Of a stretch of 64,000 nt of DNA, positions 29,137 to 37,783 are shown in pieces. This DNA is from a candidate division WWE3 bacterium RIFCSPHIGHO2_01_FULL_40_23 (GTDB taxonomy: Bacteria; Patescibacteriota; WWE3; UBA101185; 2-01-FULL-41-18). The DNA lies in contig MEUZ01000001.1 in assembly GCA_001772615.1 (NCBI GenBank), positions 189,483 through 253,482 of the forward strand, written 5' to 3'. Both the position numbers and the translations under genes were made by a program. Positions within the stretch are counted from its first letter, which is position 1, and the number at the start of each line of letters is the position of its first letter. The notes under the pieces were generated by a model. It was not told the DNA's origin. It ran no database searches and saw nothing but the letters and a program-made list of their open reading frames with translations.

Positions 29137-29922
29137 ATGAAAAAGCTTATTGTAGCTATGGTAGCGTTTCCGTTGGTGGTACTGCTCTACGCGTGTGTAT
29201 CCCGCAACCCCCAGCTCACGGAAACACCAGCCGCAGTCGGAACCGCTACACGGGTGGCACTATCAACCGCGTCAGCGGAGGTTTCTCTGACTCCGAGTCC
29301 CGAAGTAAGTGAAGCCGTCTTTATCAAAGGCGGGGTGGCTACACTTGGCCGTACGGAAAAAGAGGTTGAGGAAGACTATCAAGACTGCCTTGCTATGGCG
29401 GGCAGGACAAATCAAGCAGCTTCAATCTGTGAACCAAAGGATAGTGTCTTTGGCGACCGGCCGCTTCGTACCATGTGGAAAGTGGAAGCTTTTCGCCTTG
29501 ATATTTATGAAGCCCACGATTCCAATGGCTACCCGCTCATCGTGCACTACGACGAAGCGGTTAAGGCCTGCCAGGAAAAAGGCGGAAGACTCCCCACCGA
29601 GGAACAGTGGGAATTTGCCGCGCGCGGCGAGGAGGGAAGAATGTGGCCATGGGGAAACAGCCCGCCCACAGCCGACAAGGCAAACATTGACACGGTTGGC
29701 GGCTACTCCGACAATCGCGTTCAAAAAGTGGGACAATACGAAGCGGGCAAAACGCCCGAAGGGGTCCACGACATGGTCGGAAACGTATGGGAATGGGTCG
29801 AAGGCGGCATGCGAAAAGGCGGGAGCGCGGGAAGCTATGTGGTTTTCACAAAGCCTTCCCATATGACCAGCGATAGCCAGGCTGGTTTCCGTTGCGCCTA
29901 TGATGCGCCCCCTAACTCATGA
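29137..29922 (+). CDS. lipoprotein with FGE-sulfatase (SUMF1/EgtB/PvdO) domain
   Basis: LLYAC lipobox; RLPTEEQWEFAARG, WPWGN, DMVGNVWEW, GFRC. Confidence 0.9.
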   Translation: MKKLIVAMVAFPLVVLLYACVSRNPQLTETPAAVGTATRVALSTASAEVSLTPSPEVSEAVFIKGGVATLGRTEKEVEEDYQDCLAMAGRTNQAASICEPKDSVFGDRPLRTMWKVEAFRLDIYEAHDSNGYPLIVHYDEAVKACQEKGGRLPTEEQWEFAARGEEGRMWPWGNSPPTADKANIDTVGGYSDNRVQKVGQYEAGKTPEGVHDMVGNVWEWVEGGMRKGGSAGSYVVFTKPSHMTSDSQAGFRCAYDAPPNS

Positions 29923-29926
29923 GATT

Positions 29927-29951
29927 AGATTCCTGCTTCCGCGGGAATGAC
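29927..29951. repeat. half REP-like element
   Basis: AGATTCCTGCTTCCGCGGGAATGAC. Confidence 0.75.
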
Positions 29952-30091
29952 AAGTTTTTTTTCAGAGCGGAAAGAACACAAACTTTCCGCTTTTTTATTC
30001 AAAAACAAAACCGAATTTCAAATAAAAAACCCTCCGAACACGAGGTCACAACTTCTGTGACATCTGATTCAGAGGGTGTCAAACTTAAAGT

Positions 30092-31669
30092 CTAGGGGTC
30101 ACACTCCCCGATTGCCTTACCCCATTCACGGGTTGTCACGTCAAAGGTAGTCCTGTAATCCCCTTCAGTAGTAACGACCTCTAGCACTGTGCCGCTAAAA
30201 CCGGTAAGTTTCAACGTGCACTCCATTGTGCTTATGGGGTAACCCTTCGGAACCTCCGCTCCCTTTTCCAAAATCAAGGTAGCCTGGCCGTTAGCTGTCG
30301 CCCCTGCGAACACAACAACGGATTGGCCGTCGGTAGTATCCACACCAGTCCACCGTGTCGTTAGCCGGTAGCCTGGGTACGGTCCTCCAGTCACTTCCAT
30401 AATCCTGCCGGCCACCGAAGGAGTCAGTCCGGGGATAGTCGGCTGAACCGGTTGAGTGAGGTACTCAATTGCCTTCTCCGGCGGTAACGGCTGTGGGGCG
30501 TCGCACCCACTCAAAAGTGCAAACGTCACCAAAGAGGTCAAAACCAAATTCCTCATCATCTCACACTCCTCTACTTGCGAGCTCACACTTGGATAAGTGT
30601 AGGTTCGCGTGATATCGGTTGACCAACGAATTGTCAACTGTTCTAAGGGAGGTTTAACAATCTCATCCCTTAGCTGACGCCACCCTTCTTCCGGGCTATT
30701 GTCGGCCCCTTCGCAACCCGGCGGTTGGGGTCCTCCCGGAGGGCACCTCTGCTTTTGGGTCATAACCCCAACGAAGCGGATGGTTTCCCCATACTGCTCA
30801 CGCACAAAGTTGGCAACATCGGCCCACTGCCTAGCGTTGTATCCATTTATGTTGTAAATCTCCGGAACCGGACGGGCGTATGGGATATGCGGATTCCCTT
30901 TACCGATACGGCAGCACTTATATGCCACCTCGTCATAGTTCCATCCGTTCTCGCATACGTCACTGTCTACATTGCACACGGCGTTGCCAAAATCAAGCAA
31001 ACAACCTTTGTCGGGGTCCCCGGGAACACAGGTTGTTGCTTTAATGTACTCCTCTTCCCAACGCTCGGTGGTGTAAGGGTCGTTCCACGTGAGCTCCATA
31101 TCACTCGCACCGACGATGGTAACCTGACTGCTGTAGTTGGCCGCTCCCTGGACTATGGAATTAACCATTAAAGCCCAGGCCTTGCCATGTCCCACAGCAA
31201 GAGCCAAGTCCATTGAGGAGTTATTCACCCCAACGCCGATCGTCAATTGGGACAGCTTATCCCTTGACGAATAGATCCAGAAATTTCTGGCCATTTGTCT
31301 TACAGCTTCTCTAATGTCAGATTCCTTAAAGAAACCGTCAACAAAAATAGGCCAGGCTCCCCAGATACTGCCCGATTTTCCCGGATAACCAAGATCCAAA
31401 ACCACAAGCCAGTCCTGGGCCCTGGGCGTGTTGTACGCCGCAATGCCCAAAGCCCGGCCGACATCCGGAAGAAACCTTAAGTCATCAACATAATAGGACT
31501 TGGTCCATCCCGGATACGGGGGCAGCGGGTAATTTTTCAGGATCAGCGGCAGGTAAACCTTCCGGTGGTTTAGGGCGTCACTCTTCTCCTCCTCTGCGCT
31601 TATACCACTTACTCCGCTTGACGTTAGAAAGACCGCTAACGCAAGCAAGGCACAGAGGACGCGCTTCAT
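30092..31669 (-). CDS. secreted hypothetical protein with YLPLILK motif; in-frame internal lipoprotein module from 30559
   Basis: Signal peptide, VYLPLILKN, Cys-rich domain, internal MMRNLVLTSLVTFALLSGC with its own GAGGAG. Confidence 0.75.
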   Translation of the reverse strand: MKRVLCALLALAVFLTSSGVSGISAEEEKSDALNHRKVYLPLILKNYPLPPYPGWTKSYYVDDLRFLPDVGRALGIAAYNTPRAQDWLVVLDLGYPGKSGSIWGAWPIFVDGFFKESDIREAVRQMARNFWIYSSRDKLSQLTIGVGVNNSSMDLALAVGHGKAWALMVNSIVQGAANYSSQVTIVGASDMELTWNDPYTTERWEEEYIKATTCVPGDPDKGCLLDFGNAVCNVDSDVCENGWNYDEVAYKCCRIGKGNPHIPYARPVPEIYNINGYNARQWADVANFVREQYGETIRFVGVMTQKQRCPPGGPQPPGCEGADNSPEEGWRQLRDEIVKPPLEQLTIRWSTDITRTYTYPSVSSQVEECEMMRNLVLTSLVTFALLSGCDAPQPLPPEKAIEYLTQPVQPTIPGLTPSVAGRIMEVTGGPYPGYRLTTRWTGVDTTDGQSVVVFAGATANGQATLILEKGAEVPKGYPISTMECTLKLTGFSGTVLEVVTTEGDYRTTFDVTTREWGKAIGECDP

Positions 31670-31886
31670 TGTAGTCTCCTTAAAGGCTAAAAGTACCCGT
31701 TAAATCTCTTGCTAAAAAACCGATTGTGTATTAGGCGTCAGCCTTCCTTTCTAATTGTGAATAATTTGAAAGTTGTCTTAATTATACTTCTACACAAACC
31801 GGCCCATAAAATCAACAGTTTTTAACCTAGACCGTTATTAGCCCCCATGGTATGATTTAAAACAGTAATTGATTTAAGGAGAATTT

Positions 31887-32099
31887 ATGATGACAGAAGG
31901 TGGCCAAAACAACGAAGGTGGGGAAGGCTCGGCTTTGGCTTCTATAAACGAAGTTTTGGAGGCACTAGATCCTGAAAATAGAGAAAGTTTAAGAGGTGCA
32001 ATAGCAGAAGCATTAGCAGATGGGAAAACACCCGATGAGATAGTTAAGATACTGGAGGGGGGAGTGGAAGAAAATCCTCCCACAGCACAATCCACTTGA
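31887..32099 (+). CDS. small acidic hypothetical protein
   Basis: AAGGAG RBS, TGGTATGAT upstream, 70 aa. Confidence 0.6.
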   Translation: MMTEGGQNNEGGEGSALASINEVLEALDPENRESLRGAIAEALADGKTPDEIVKILEGGVEENPPTAQST

Positions 32100-32122
32100 C
32101 ACTCGTGGGGGTTGTCTGCTAT
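32096..32122 (+). promoter_or_regulatory. groESL promoter overlapped by a degenerate CIRCE-like element
   Basis: TTGACACTC-N9-GTCTGCTAT vs CIRCE TTAGCACTC-N9-GAGTGCTAA. Confidence 0.55.
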
Positions 32123-32245
32123 ATATTTATCGGATCAAATTTTGCCCTAATTTCAATTAGCGATAACCAATCGGTTGGAGTTGCTTAATAAAGCGAATTT
32201 AGGGCTCTTAAAATAATGTCTAAAAATTTAACGAAGGAAAAAAAT

Positions 32246-32536
32246 ATGAAAGTTAAGCCTCTTTCAGATTATATTTTAATAGAACCAAAAACCCAAAAAG
32301 ACTCAACCACGCCGTCAGGAATAGTCCTTCCCGACACGGCAAAAGAAAAACCCCAGGAAGGAAAAGTAATTGCGGTAGGGCCGGGAAGATATGACGACAA
32401 AGGAAACCTCATTAAAATGAGCGTTAAAACCGGCGATATTGTTTATTACAAAAAATGGGGCGGAAACGAAATTAAACTTGACAACAAAGAATACCTTCTC
32501 GTTAAGGAAGAAGACATTTTGGCAATTATTGAGTAA
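32246..32536 (+). CDS. groES: co-chaperonin GroES
   Basis: KPLSD, T.SGIVLPDTAKEKPQEG.VIAVGPG, EEDILA. Confidence 0.97.
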   Translation: MKVKPLSDYILIEPKTQKDSTTPSGIVLPDTAKEKPQEGKVIAVGPGRYDDKGNLIKMSVKTGDIVYYKKWGGNEIKLDNKEYLLVKEEDILAIIE

Positions 32537-32599
32537 TTAGAATAAAATTTACCTGCTTAAAAAATAAAGTATTAAGGTTTTACATAGGAGGAAATTAAT

Positions 32600-34267
32600 A
32601 TGCCAGCCAAACAGCTACTTTACGGAGACGAAGCTAGAAAAAAATTAAAAGCGGGAGTTGATAAGCTTGCCAAAGCCGTTGTCACTACGCTTGGACCAAA
32701 AGGCAGAAACGTTTCATTAGATAAGAAATGGGGGGCGCCCCAGGTAGTCCATGACGGGGTAACGGTTGCAAAAGAAATAGAGCTTGAGGATCCTTTTGAA
32801 AACATGGGAGCCCAGCTTGTTAAAGAAGCGGCTTCAAAAACAAACGATGTAGCAGGTGACGGAACTACTACAGCAACTCTTCTTGCACAGGCAATCGTTG
32901 ATGAAGGTTTAAAAAATGTATCCGCGGGGGCAAATCCGATGATAGTAAGACACGGCCTTGAAAAGGCAGCCGAGCTTGTTGTAAACGAAATTAAAGCAAT
33001 GTCCAAAAAAATAACTACCAAGGAAGAAAAAGCCCAGGTAGCGACAATTTCAGGAGCAAGCGAAGAAATTGGCAATCTTATCGCGGAAGCAATGGATCAC
33101 GTTGGAAATAATGGGGTCATAACGGTTGAAGAATCAAAAGGTCTAAAGATGGAGGTTGAATATAAGGAAGGGATGCAGTTTGATAAAGGTTATGCCTCTC
33201 CATATTTTGTCACAAACCCCGATAAAATGGAGGCTACAATAGAAAGCCCTTATATTTTAATCACGGATCAGAAGATCTCGGCGATATCAGACCTTCTTCC
33301 CATGCTTGAAAACCTAATTAAAGTTTCCAAAAACCTTGTGATAATCGCGGATGAAGTTGATGGGGAAGCGCTTGCTACACTCGTCGTAAATAAAATAAGA
33401 GGCACATTTAATGCTCTTGCCGTTAAAGTCCCCGGTTTTGGGGACAGAAGAAAAGAAATGCTTGCCGACATTGCGGTTTTAACTGGTGGAACAGTTATAA
33501 GCGAGGAAGTTGGAAGAAAGCTTGACAGCGTAAAGGTTGATGATCTAGGAAAAGCAGATAGAATTACAGCCGACAAAGACGAAACCATTATCGTTGGCGG
33601 AAAAGGCAAAAAAGCCGATCTTAACGCAAGAATTGCCCAAATCCAAAAGCAGATTGAAACAACCGACTCATCTTATGACAAAGAAAAACTTCAGGAAAGG
33701 CTTGCTAAACTCTCTGGGGGTGTGGCGGTGATAAGTGTAGGAGCCGCATCGGAAACAGAGCTTAAAGAGAAAAAGTTAAGAGTGGAGGACGCCGTAAACG
33801 CAACCAAAGCCGCAGTTGAAGAAGGCATTGTTCCCGGAGGCGGAGTAGCACTTTTAAGAGCAAGAAAAGTTTTAAAGAAAATGAAGCTTGAAGGGGATGA
33901 GCAAATCGGAGCCACCATACTTTTTAACGCTTTAGATAAACCCTTAAGAATGATAACCGAAAACGCGGGAGTTGACGCAGGATGGGTTGTAAGAGAACTT
34001 GAGCATCGCGAGGAAGACAGTAGTAAAGCGGGCAAGGGCGGTAATAACATAGGATATAACGTCTTAACCATGGAATTTGAGGATATGGTAAAAAGCGGGA
34101 TTATGGATCCTGCAAAGGTTGCAAGAACCGCTCTTCAAAATGCGGTTTCAGTTGCGATAATGGTTTTAACTACTGAAACTCTGGTAACCGAAGTTCCCGA
34201 AAAAGAAAAAGCCCCGATGGGAGGAATGCCCGGTGGCATGGGTGGCATGGGCGACATGGATATGTAA
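32600..34267 (+). CDS. groEL: chaperonin GroEL
   Basis: [21 protein letters not shown] tail. Confidence 0.99.
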   Translation: MPAKQLLYGDEARKKLKAGVDKLAKAVVTTLGPKGRNVSLDKKWGAPQVVHDGVTVAKEIELEDPFENMGAQLVKEAASKTNDVAGDGTTTATLLAQAIVDEGLKNVSAGANPMIVRHGLEKAAELVVNEIKAMSKKITTKEEKAQVATISGASEEIGNLIAEAMDHVGNNGVITVEESKGLKMEVEYKEGMQFDKGYASPYFVTNPDKMEATIESPYILITDQKISAISDLLPMLENLIKVSKNLVIIADEVDGEALATLVVNKIRGTFNALAVKVPGFGDRRKEMLADIAVLTGGTVISEEVGRKLDSVKVDDLGKADRITADKDETIIVGGKGKKADLNARIAQIQKQIETTDSSYDKEKLQERLAKLSGGVAVISVGAASETELKEKKLRVEDAVNATKAAVEEGIVPGGGVALLRARKVLKKMKLEGDEQIGATILFNALDKPLRMITENAGVDAGWVVRELEHREEDSSKAGKGGNNIGYNVLTMEFEDMVKSGIMDPAKVARTALQNAVSVAIMVLTTETLVTEVPEKEKAPMGGMPGGMGGMGDMDM

Positions 34268-34302
34268 AAAACCCGCCTGCGTGGAAACCAAACAAGCGGG
34301 TA
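34266..34302. terminator. hairpin between convergent genes
   Basis: A-run then ACCCGC...GCGGGT. Confidence 0.6.
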
Positions 34303-34323
34303 ACACTGGAGAAAGAGCCGGGC

Positions 34324-34764
34324 CTAAAGACTAAAGCTCTCCAACAGATCGCTAGGATCGTCCATGGAAAAAGGATTAGCTTCTTTATCAGTAGCGGGAA
34401 GGTGGCTGAAATAAACCTTAGCCTTTACCTTCATCCCTTCTTCAACAAAGACCTCAAGAACATTGAAGAGAGGCCGCATCCTATTACCATGCGAAAGAAA
34501 TACACCGTTTCTCCTCGTCAGCCACACAACTTGGCCCACCGGGGTGTAATCCACATCCTGCTCATCAACCCAGGCGAAACGCACACCCAAAGGAAGCGGG
34601 GCATCTTCAACCGCTTGCAGCGTAACACCCGCACGGCCGTCAGGGAGAAGAACAGGAACAACATCAACAACAACCGTCTCTACTCTGCCCGGTTCAAGTG
34701 TTACATTCCAAGCAAGGCGTGATCCCGGTAACAGGACCCTTTCATTCCCTGGAAAGTAAGTCAT
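34324..34764 (-). CDS. hypothetical protein (solo GC-richer gene)
   Basis: AAAAGGAGAAAAAAG-ATG at 34764. Confidence 0.6.
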   Translation of the reverse strand: MTYFPGNERVLLPGSRLAWNVTLEPGRVETVVVDVVPVLLPDGRAGVTLQAVEDAPLPLGVRFAWVDEQDVDYTPVGQVVWLTRRNGVFLSHGNRMRPLFNVLEVFVEEGMKVKAKVYFSHLPATDKEANPFSMDDPSDLLESFSL

Positions 34765-34865
34765 CTTTTTCTCCTTTTCTTTCTGTTTGTTCACCAAGGT
34801 TATCAAATATTCAGGGTTATATCAACTATAGGTTAGAGGGATCTGTCCAGGAACGACAGGTTAAT

Positions 34866-35735
34866 CTAATCAACTCCCAGCCTTTTAAGCCCTTCCTCAT
34901 AAGAGGTGAGAATCCAACTTGAATGGTCGTCTCTTCTAAAATGGATAAGGCGATCCGTTGTAATTTCGTTTGTAATTCTTTTTTGCATGTACCAAAGCTG
35001 AAGCTTCATTAACAAATACTCAAAGGTAATTAAAAAGTTAAAAAATCTTTCGGGAGATTTAAATTCTTCATCTTTCGCTTTAACTTTCACATGAGGGAGA
35101 AATTCAAAAGACCATCTGTTCGCGTTTAGAAACCTGAAATAGTAACCACCCCTATCAAAAACGGGCTGCATGAGAAGAATTTCATGCGCAATATAAACAT
35201 TTTTAGCGTATCCCCACTCAAGGTTTTCCTCATCAATAAAAATATTCGGGCAGATTTTTCCTCCCGCATCTTTGTCGGTTCTGTAAAGGTTTAAAGCCTT
35301 TAACATTAAAACCGTAAAAAATCTCCCAAGCCAAAGGCGGTCTTTCGTTGTAATTACCATTACATCAATGTCATCATTCTCCACAGCGTTACCCGCCGCG
35401 ACGGCTCCCGTAACGGCAATCAGCTTTACAAAAGGGTTAGCACCAAGAATTCTTGAAATCTTTTGCGCCTTTAAAAGAAGTTTTCTAGAATCCTCCTCTC
35501 TTCTCTTTCTATCTTCAATAACTGCACTTCCAAGATGGAAAAAACCATCTTCATAAAAAATTATCTTTTCAGTGAGCAAGTTTCTCAAGGCTTCTTTAAA
35601 CTCTTCAAAGGAAAACCCGCTTTCTGAAATTACATAAGTGTAAAGCTGATGAAAAGTTAAAGGATAAGAAAAGACGTTTCTATAAGCGAGCGTTTTAAGA
35701 ATTGAATTTCTGATGGGATTTAAGGCTTCTTCCAC
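34866..35735 (-). CDS. nucleotidyltransferase-fold protein
   Basis: TLAY..VF.YPLT; VTGAVA.GN....DDIDVMVI; ICPNIFIDE; AHEI. Confidence 0.75.
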   Translation of the reverse strand: MEEALNPIRNSILKTLAYRNVFSYPLTFHQLYTYVISESGFSFEEFKEALRNLLTEKIIFYEDGFFHLGSAVIEDRKRREEDSRKLLLKAQKISRILGANPFVKLIAVTGAVAAGNAVENDDIDVMVITTKDRLWLGRFFTVLMLKALNLYRTDKDAGGKICPNIFIDEENLEWGYAKNVYIAHEILLMQPVFDRGGYYFRFLNANRWSFEFLPHVKVKAKDEEFKSPERFFNFLITFEYLLMKLQLWYMQKRITNEITTDRLIHFRRDDHSSWILTSYEEGLKRLGVD

Positions 35736-35806
35736 AAGATGATTATACTAGGAATAAAGATGAGGGGGGCGGACGGGACAAGGACATTCGCACGCCCCCT
35801 AAGATA

Positions 35807-36051
35807 TTATTTCCTCTGCTGCTTTTGAGGTTGGAGGTATCTCCTAAGCACCTCGCCGGAGGCGTAGAAGAACGTTTGAAGGACAGACCAGTTGGCAAGA
35901 AATATTTCGTACCAGCCGGTCTTCGCGTTGTACTCTGCTTTCAGAATCCCCGACTGCTGAAGCAACCGGATCTCACCCGCAACTACTTTCACAGGAACGC
36001 ATGCAGCGCTCTCCACAGAGGGAGATGCGCATACAAGCCCGGATACAACAT
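35807..36051 (-). pseudogene. possible frameshifted solo gene
   Basis: AAAAGGAG-ATG at 36051 gives only 20 codons; the long open frame ending at 35807 has no in-frame ATG after that RBS; terminator-like hairpin 35761-35801. Confidence 0.4.
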
Positions 36052-36132
36052 TGTAATTCTCTCCTTTTCTGTTTCCCGATTTAGACTATGAATATCCTAT
36101 AACAAACAAATGCGGGGGCAAATAGGTTTAAT

Positions 36133-36639
36133 TTATGTATGCCTGTCGGCTATTTTTGAGGCGCCGAAAGAGTCGGGCTTGGTTTTAACTTCAAATCCGC
36201 TTCCCCTTATCATCCCGACAACTTCATTTATGATTTCCCGCGTTTCACCAACTCTTCCCACGTCAAGATGAATCTCAAAGTTGCAGGAAAGAACCTCTTC
36301 GTTACGGGCTACTTCCAAAAGATCCTGTGCAAACTCCATGGAAATAAGTGCCTCCTGATAAATGCGGTCTCTTAGCGTGTAAAAAGTTGAGGACAATGAC
36401 CTTCTCCAGAAATAAACTCCTCCCGAGCCGATCTTGTGAACGATAATAGCCGTAATAAAGTCAACTTCCCTTCCGTTCTTGCCTTCGGAGTCAGTCCCGA
36501 TGATAATTTTGTATTTAAACGAAGGGTCCGCCTTTACATATTCGGAAATGTTAAGTAAAACATACTCCAAAGTTAAGACCCCAAGGGTGGGGCTTCTAAA
36601 CTCTTCAGTTAAAATTTTGACTTTTGCTTCTTCAGTCAT
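36133..36639 (-). CDS. RNase H-like YkuK-family protein
   Basis: IIGTDS, TAIIVH..G.GG, RIYQEA..S, EIHLDVG..GET, KPDSFGASKIADRHT. Confidence 0.9.
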   Translation of the reverse strand: MTEEAKVKILTEEFRSPTLGVLTLEYVLLNISEYVKADPSFKYKIIIGTDSEGKNGREVDFITAIIVHKIGSGGVYFWRRSLSSTFYTLRDRIYQEALISMEFAQDLLEVARNEEVLSCNFEIHLDVGRVGETREIINEVVGMIRGSGFEVKTKPDSFGASKIADRHT

Positions 36640-36694
36640 ACGCCAAAAAGTATAACACTTCCTTGCCACCCCTACGGGAGCGCAGAACTGTATT

Positions 36695-37093
36695 TCAGGC
36701 TTTGCTGTCTAAAACCTCATTAACTATCCTATCAGCTTCTTTATTTTCATTCCTTTGAACGTGCATAAACTCAATAAAATCAAACTTTTCGCAGAGAAGC
36801 TTTACATGGGAGAACAAATCCTTAAGATGCGTATCTTTAACTCTGTACTCCCCATTTAACTGCTTAACAACAAGCTCGCTGTCAAGCCTACATTTTACAG
36901 CCTTAATACCCAAATCCAAAACTTCAGACAAACCTCTCACAAGTGCTTTATATTCGGAAACGTTATTTGTCGCGTTCCCTATAAATTCTCCACCCTTTTT
37001 TAAAACCTTGTTCTTATCATCTGAAATAACAAAAGCCAAAGCGGCAGGCCCTGGATTTCCTCTTGCCCCGCCGTCAGTGTTTAAAAAAATCAT
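36695..37093 (-). CDS. rnhA: ribonuclease HI (archaeal/CPR type)
   Basis: TDGGARGNPGPA, TNNVSEY, DSELVVKQLNGEY, NKEAD. Confidence 0.93.
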   Translation of the reverse strand: MIFLNTDGGARGNPGPAALAFVISDDKNKVLKKGGEFIGNATNNVSEYKALVRGLSEVLDLGIKAVKCRLDSELVVKQLNGEYRVKDTHLKDLFSHVKLLCEKFDFIEFMHVQRNENKEADRIVNEVLDSKA

Positions 37094-37758
37094 GCCCCGC
37101 CCTTTAAATAATTTTTAAATGATAAATAAAAAACAGAAATAAAAAGGCTTAAAAAGAAACCGGCAAGTGCAAATAGGGGAGGGTTTGGCTCAAGCTTTAC
37201 CACAACGGGCTTTTTTTCTACCAGATCAATCCCAAGCCTTTCGTCAGCGCTCTTGTTTAGCTCCTCCGACTTTTTGACCGTAGTCTCTACAAGAGAATCC
37301 CACAGCTTTTCGGTAAAATCCCGATCTCTTCCCACAACGGAAACCAGAACAAGCTGTGGCCCGCTTCTTTTCACGGTTACATAGTCATCAAGCTTAACAA
37401 GATCTTTATACGCAAAAGACGGATTAACAGATTTAAGAGCGGCGCTTCTCACATCAATACTTTTTAAAAACCCGATTACGGTTTCTGTATATTTCTCCGC
37501 AGTCTGGATTGCATAAAAGCCCTCATACGTAAAGTAGCCAGGACTCCCTAGCTCGGCTTCCCTCTTTACGTACAAAGTCGCGGAAGCCTTGTATTTTACA
37601 GGTATATAAAAAGATATTATAAAAACGGCTATAGCAACAAGGAAGCTTAAAAGGAGGGAGGCCTTTAAGTGCTTTTGCAAAACGGCCAGAAAATCCTTTA
37701 ATTCCACGAATGGATTATCCGAAAATATGTTTTCCTTGTCAACAAAAGGTCTAATCAA
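37090..37758 (-). CDS. Wzz/YveK-like chain-length-determinant membrane protein
   Basis: N- and C-terminal TM, P.YKASATLYV. Confidence 0.75.
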   Translation of the reverse strand: MIRPFVDKENIFSDNPFVELKDFLAVLQKHLKASLLLSFLVAIAVFIISFYIPVKYKASATLYVKREAELGSPGYFTYEGFYAIQTAEKYTETVIGFLKSIDVRSAALKSVNPSFAYKDLVKLDDYVTVKRSGPQLVLVSVVGRDRDFTEKLWDSLVETTVKKSEELNKSADERLGIDLVEKKPVVVKLEPNPPLFALAGFFLSLFISVFYLSFKNYLKGGA

Positions 37759-37783
37759 ATATAATTAGTTTAGAAAACTGCCC

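Noticed and set aside
26291-30091. Classical integron attC array
   Set aside because: The hairpins lack consistent RYYYAAC/GTTRRRY ends, the genes are not co-oriented, and no IntI-like recombinase is present.
23139-31800. Intact prophage or integrative element at tRNA-Cys
   Set aside because: No integrase or phage structural genes, and no distal third copy of the tRNA 3' end seen in the window.
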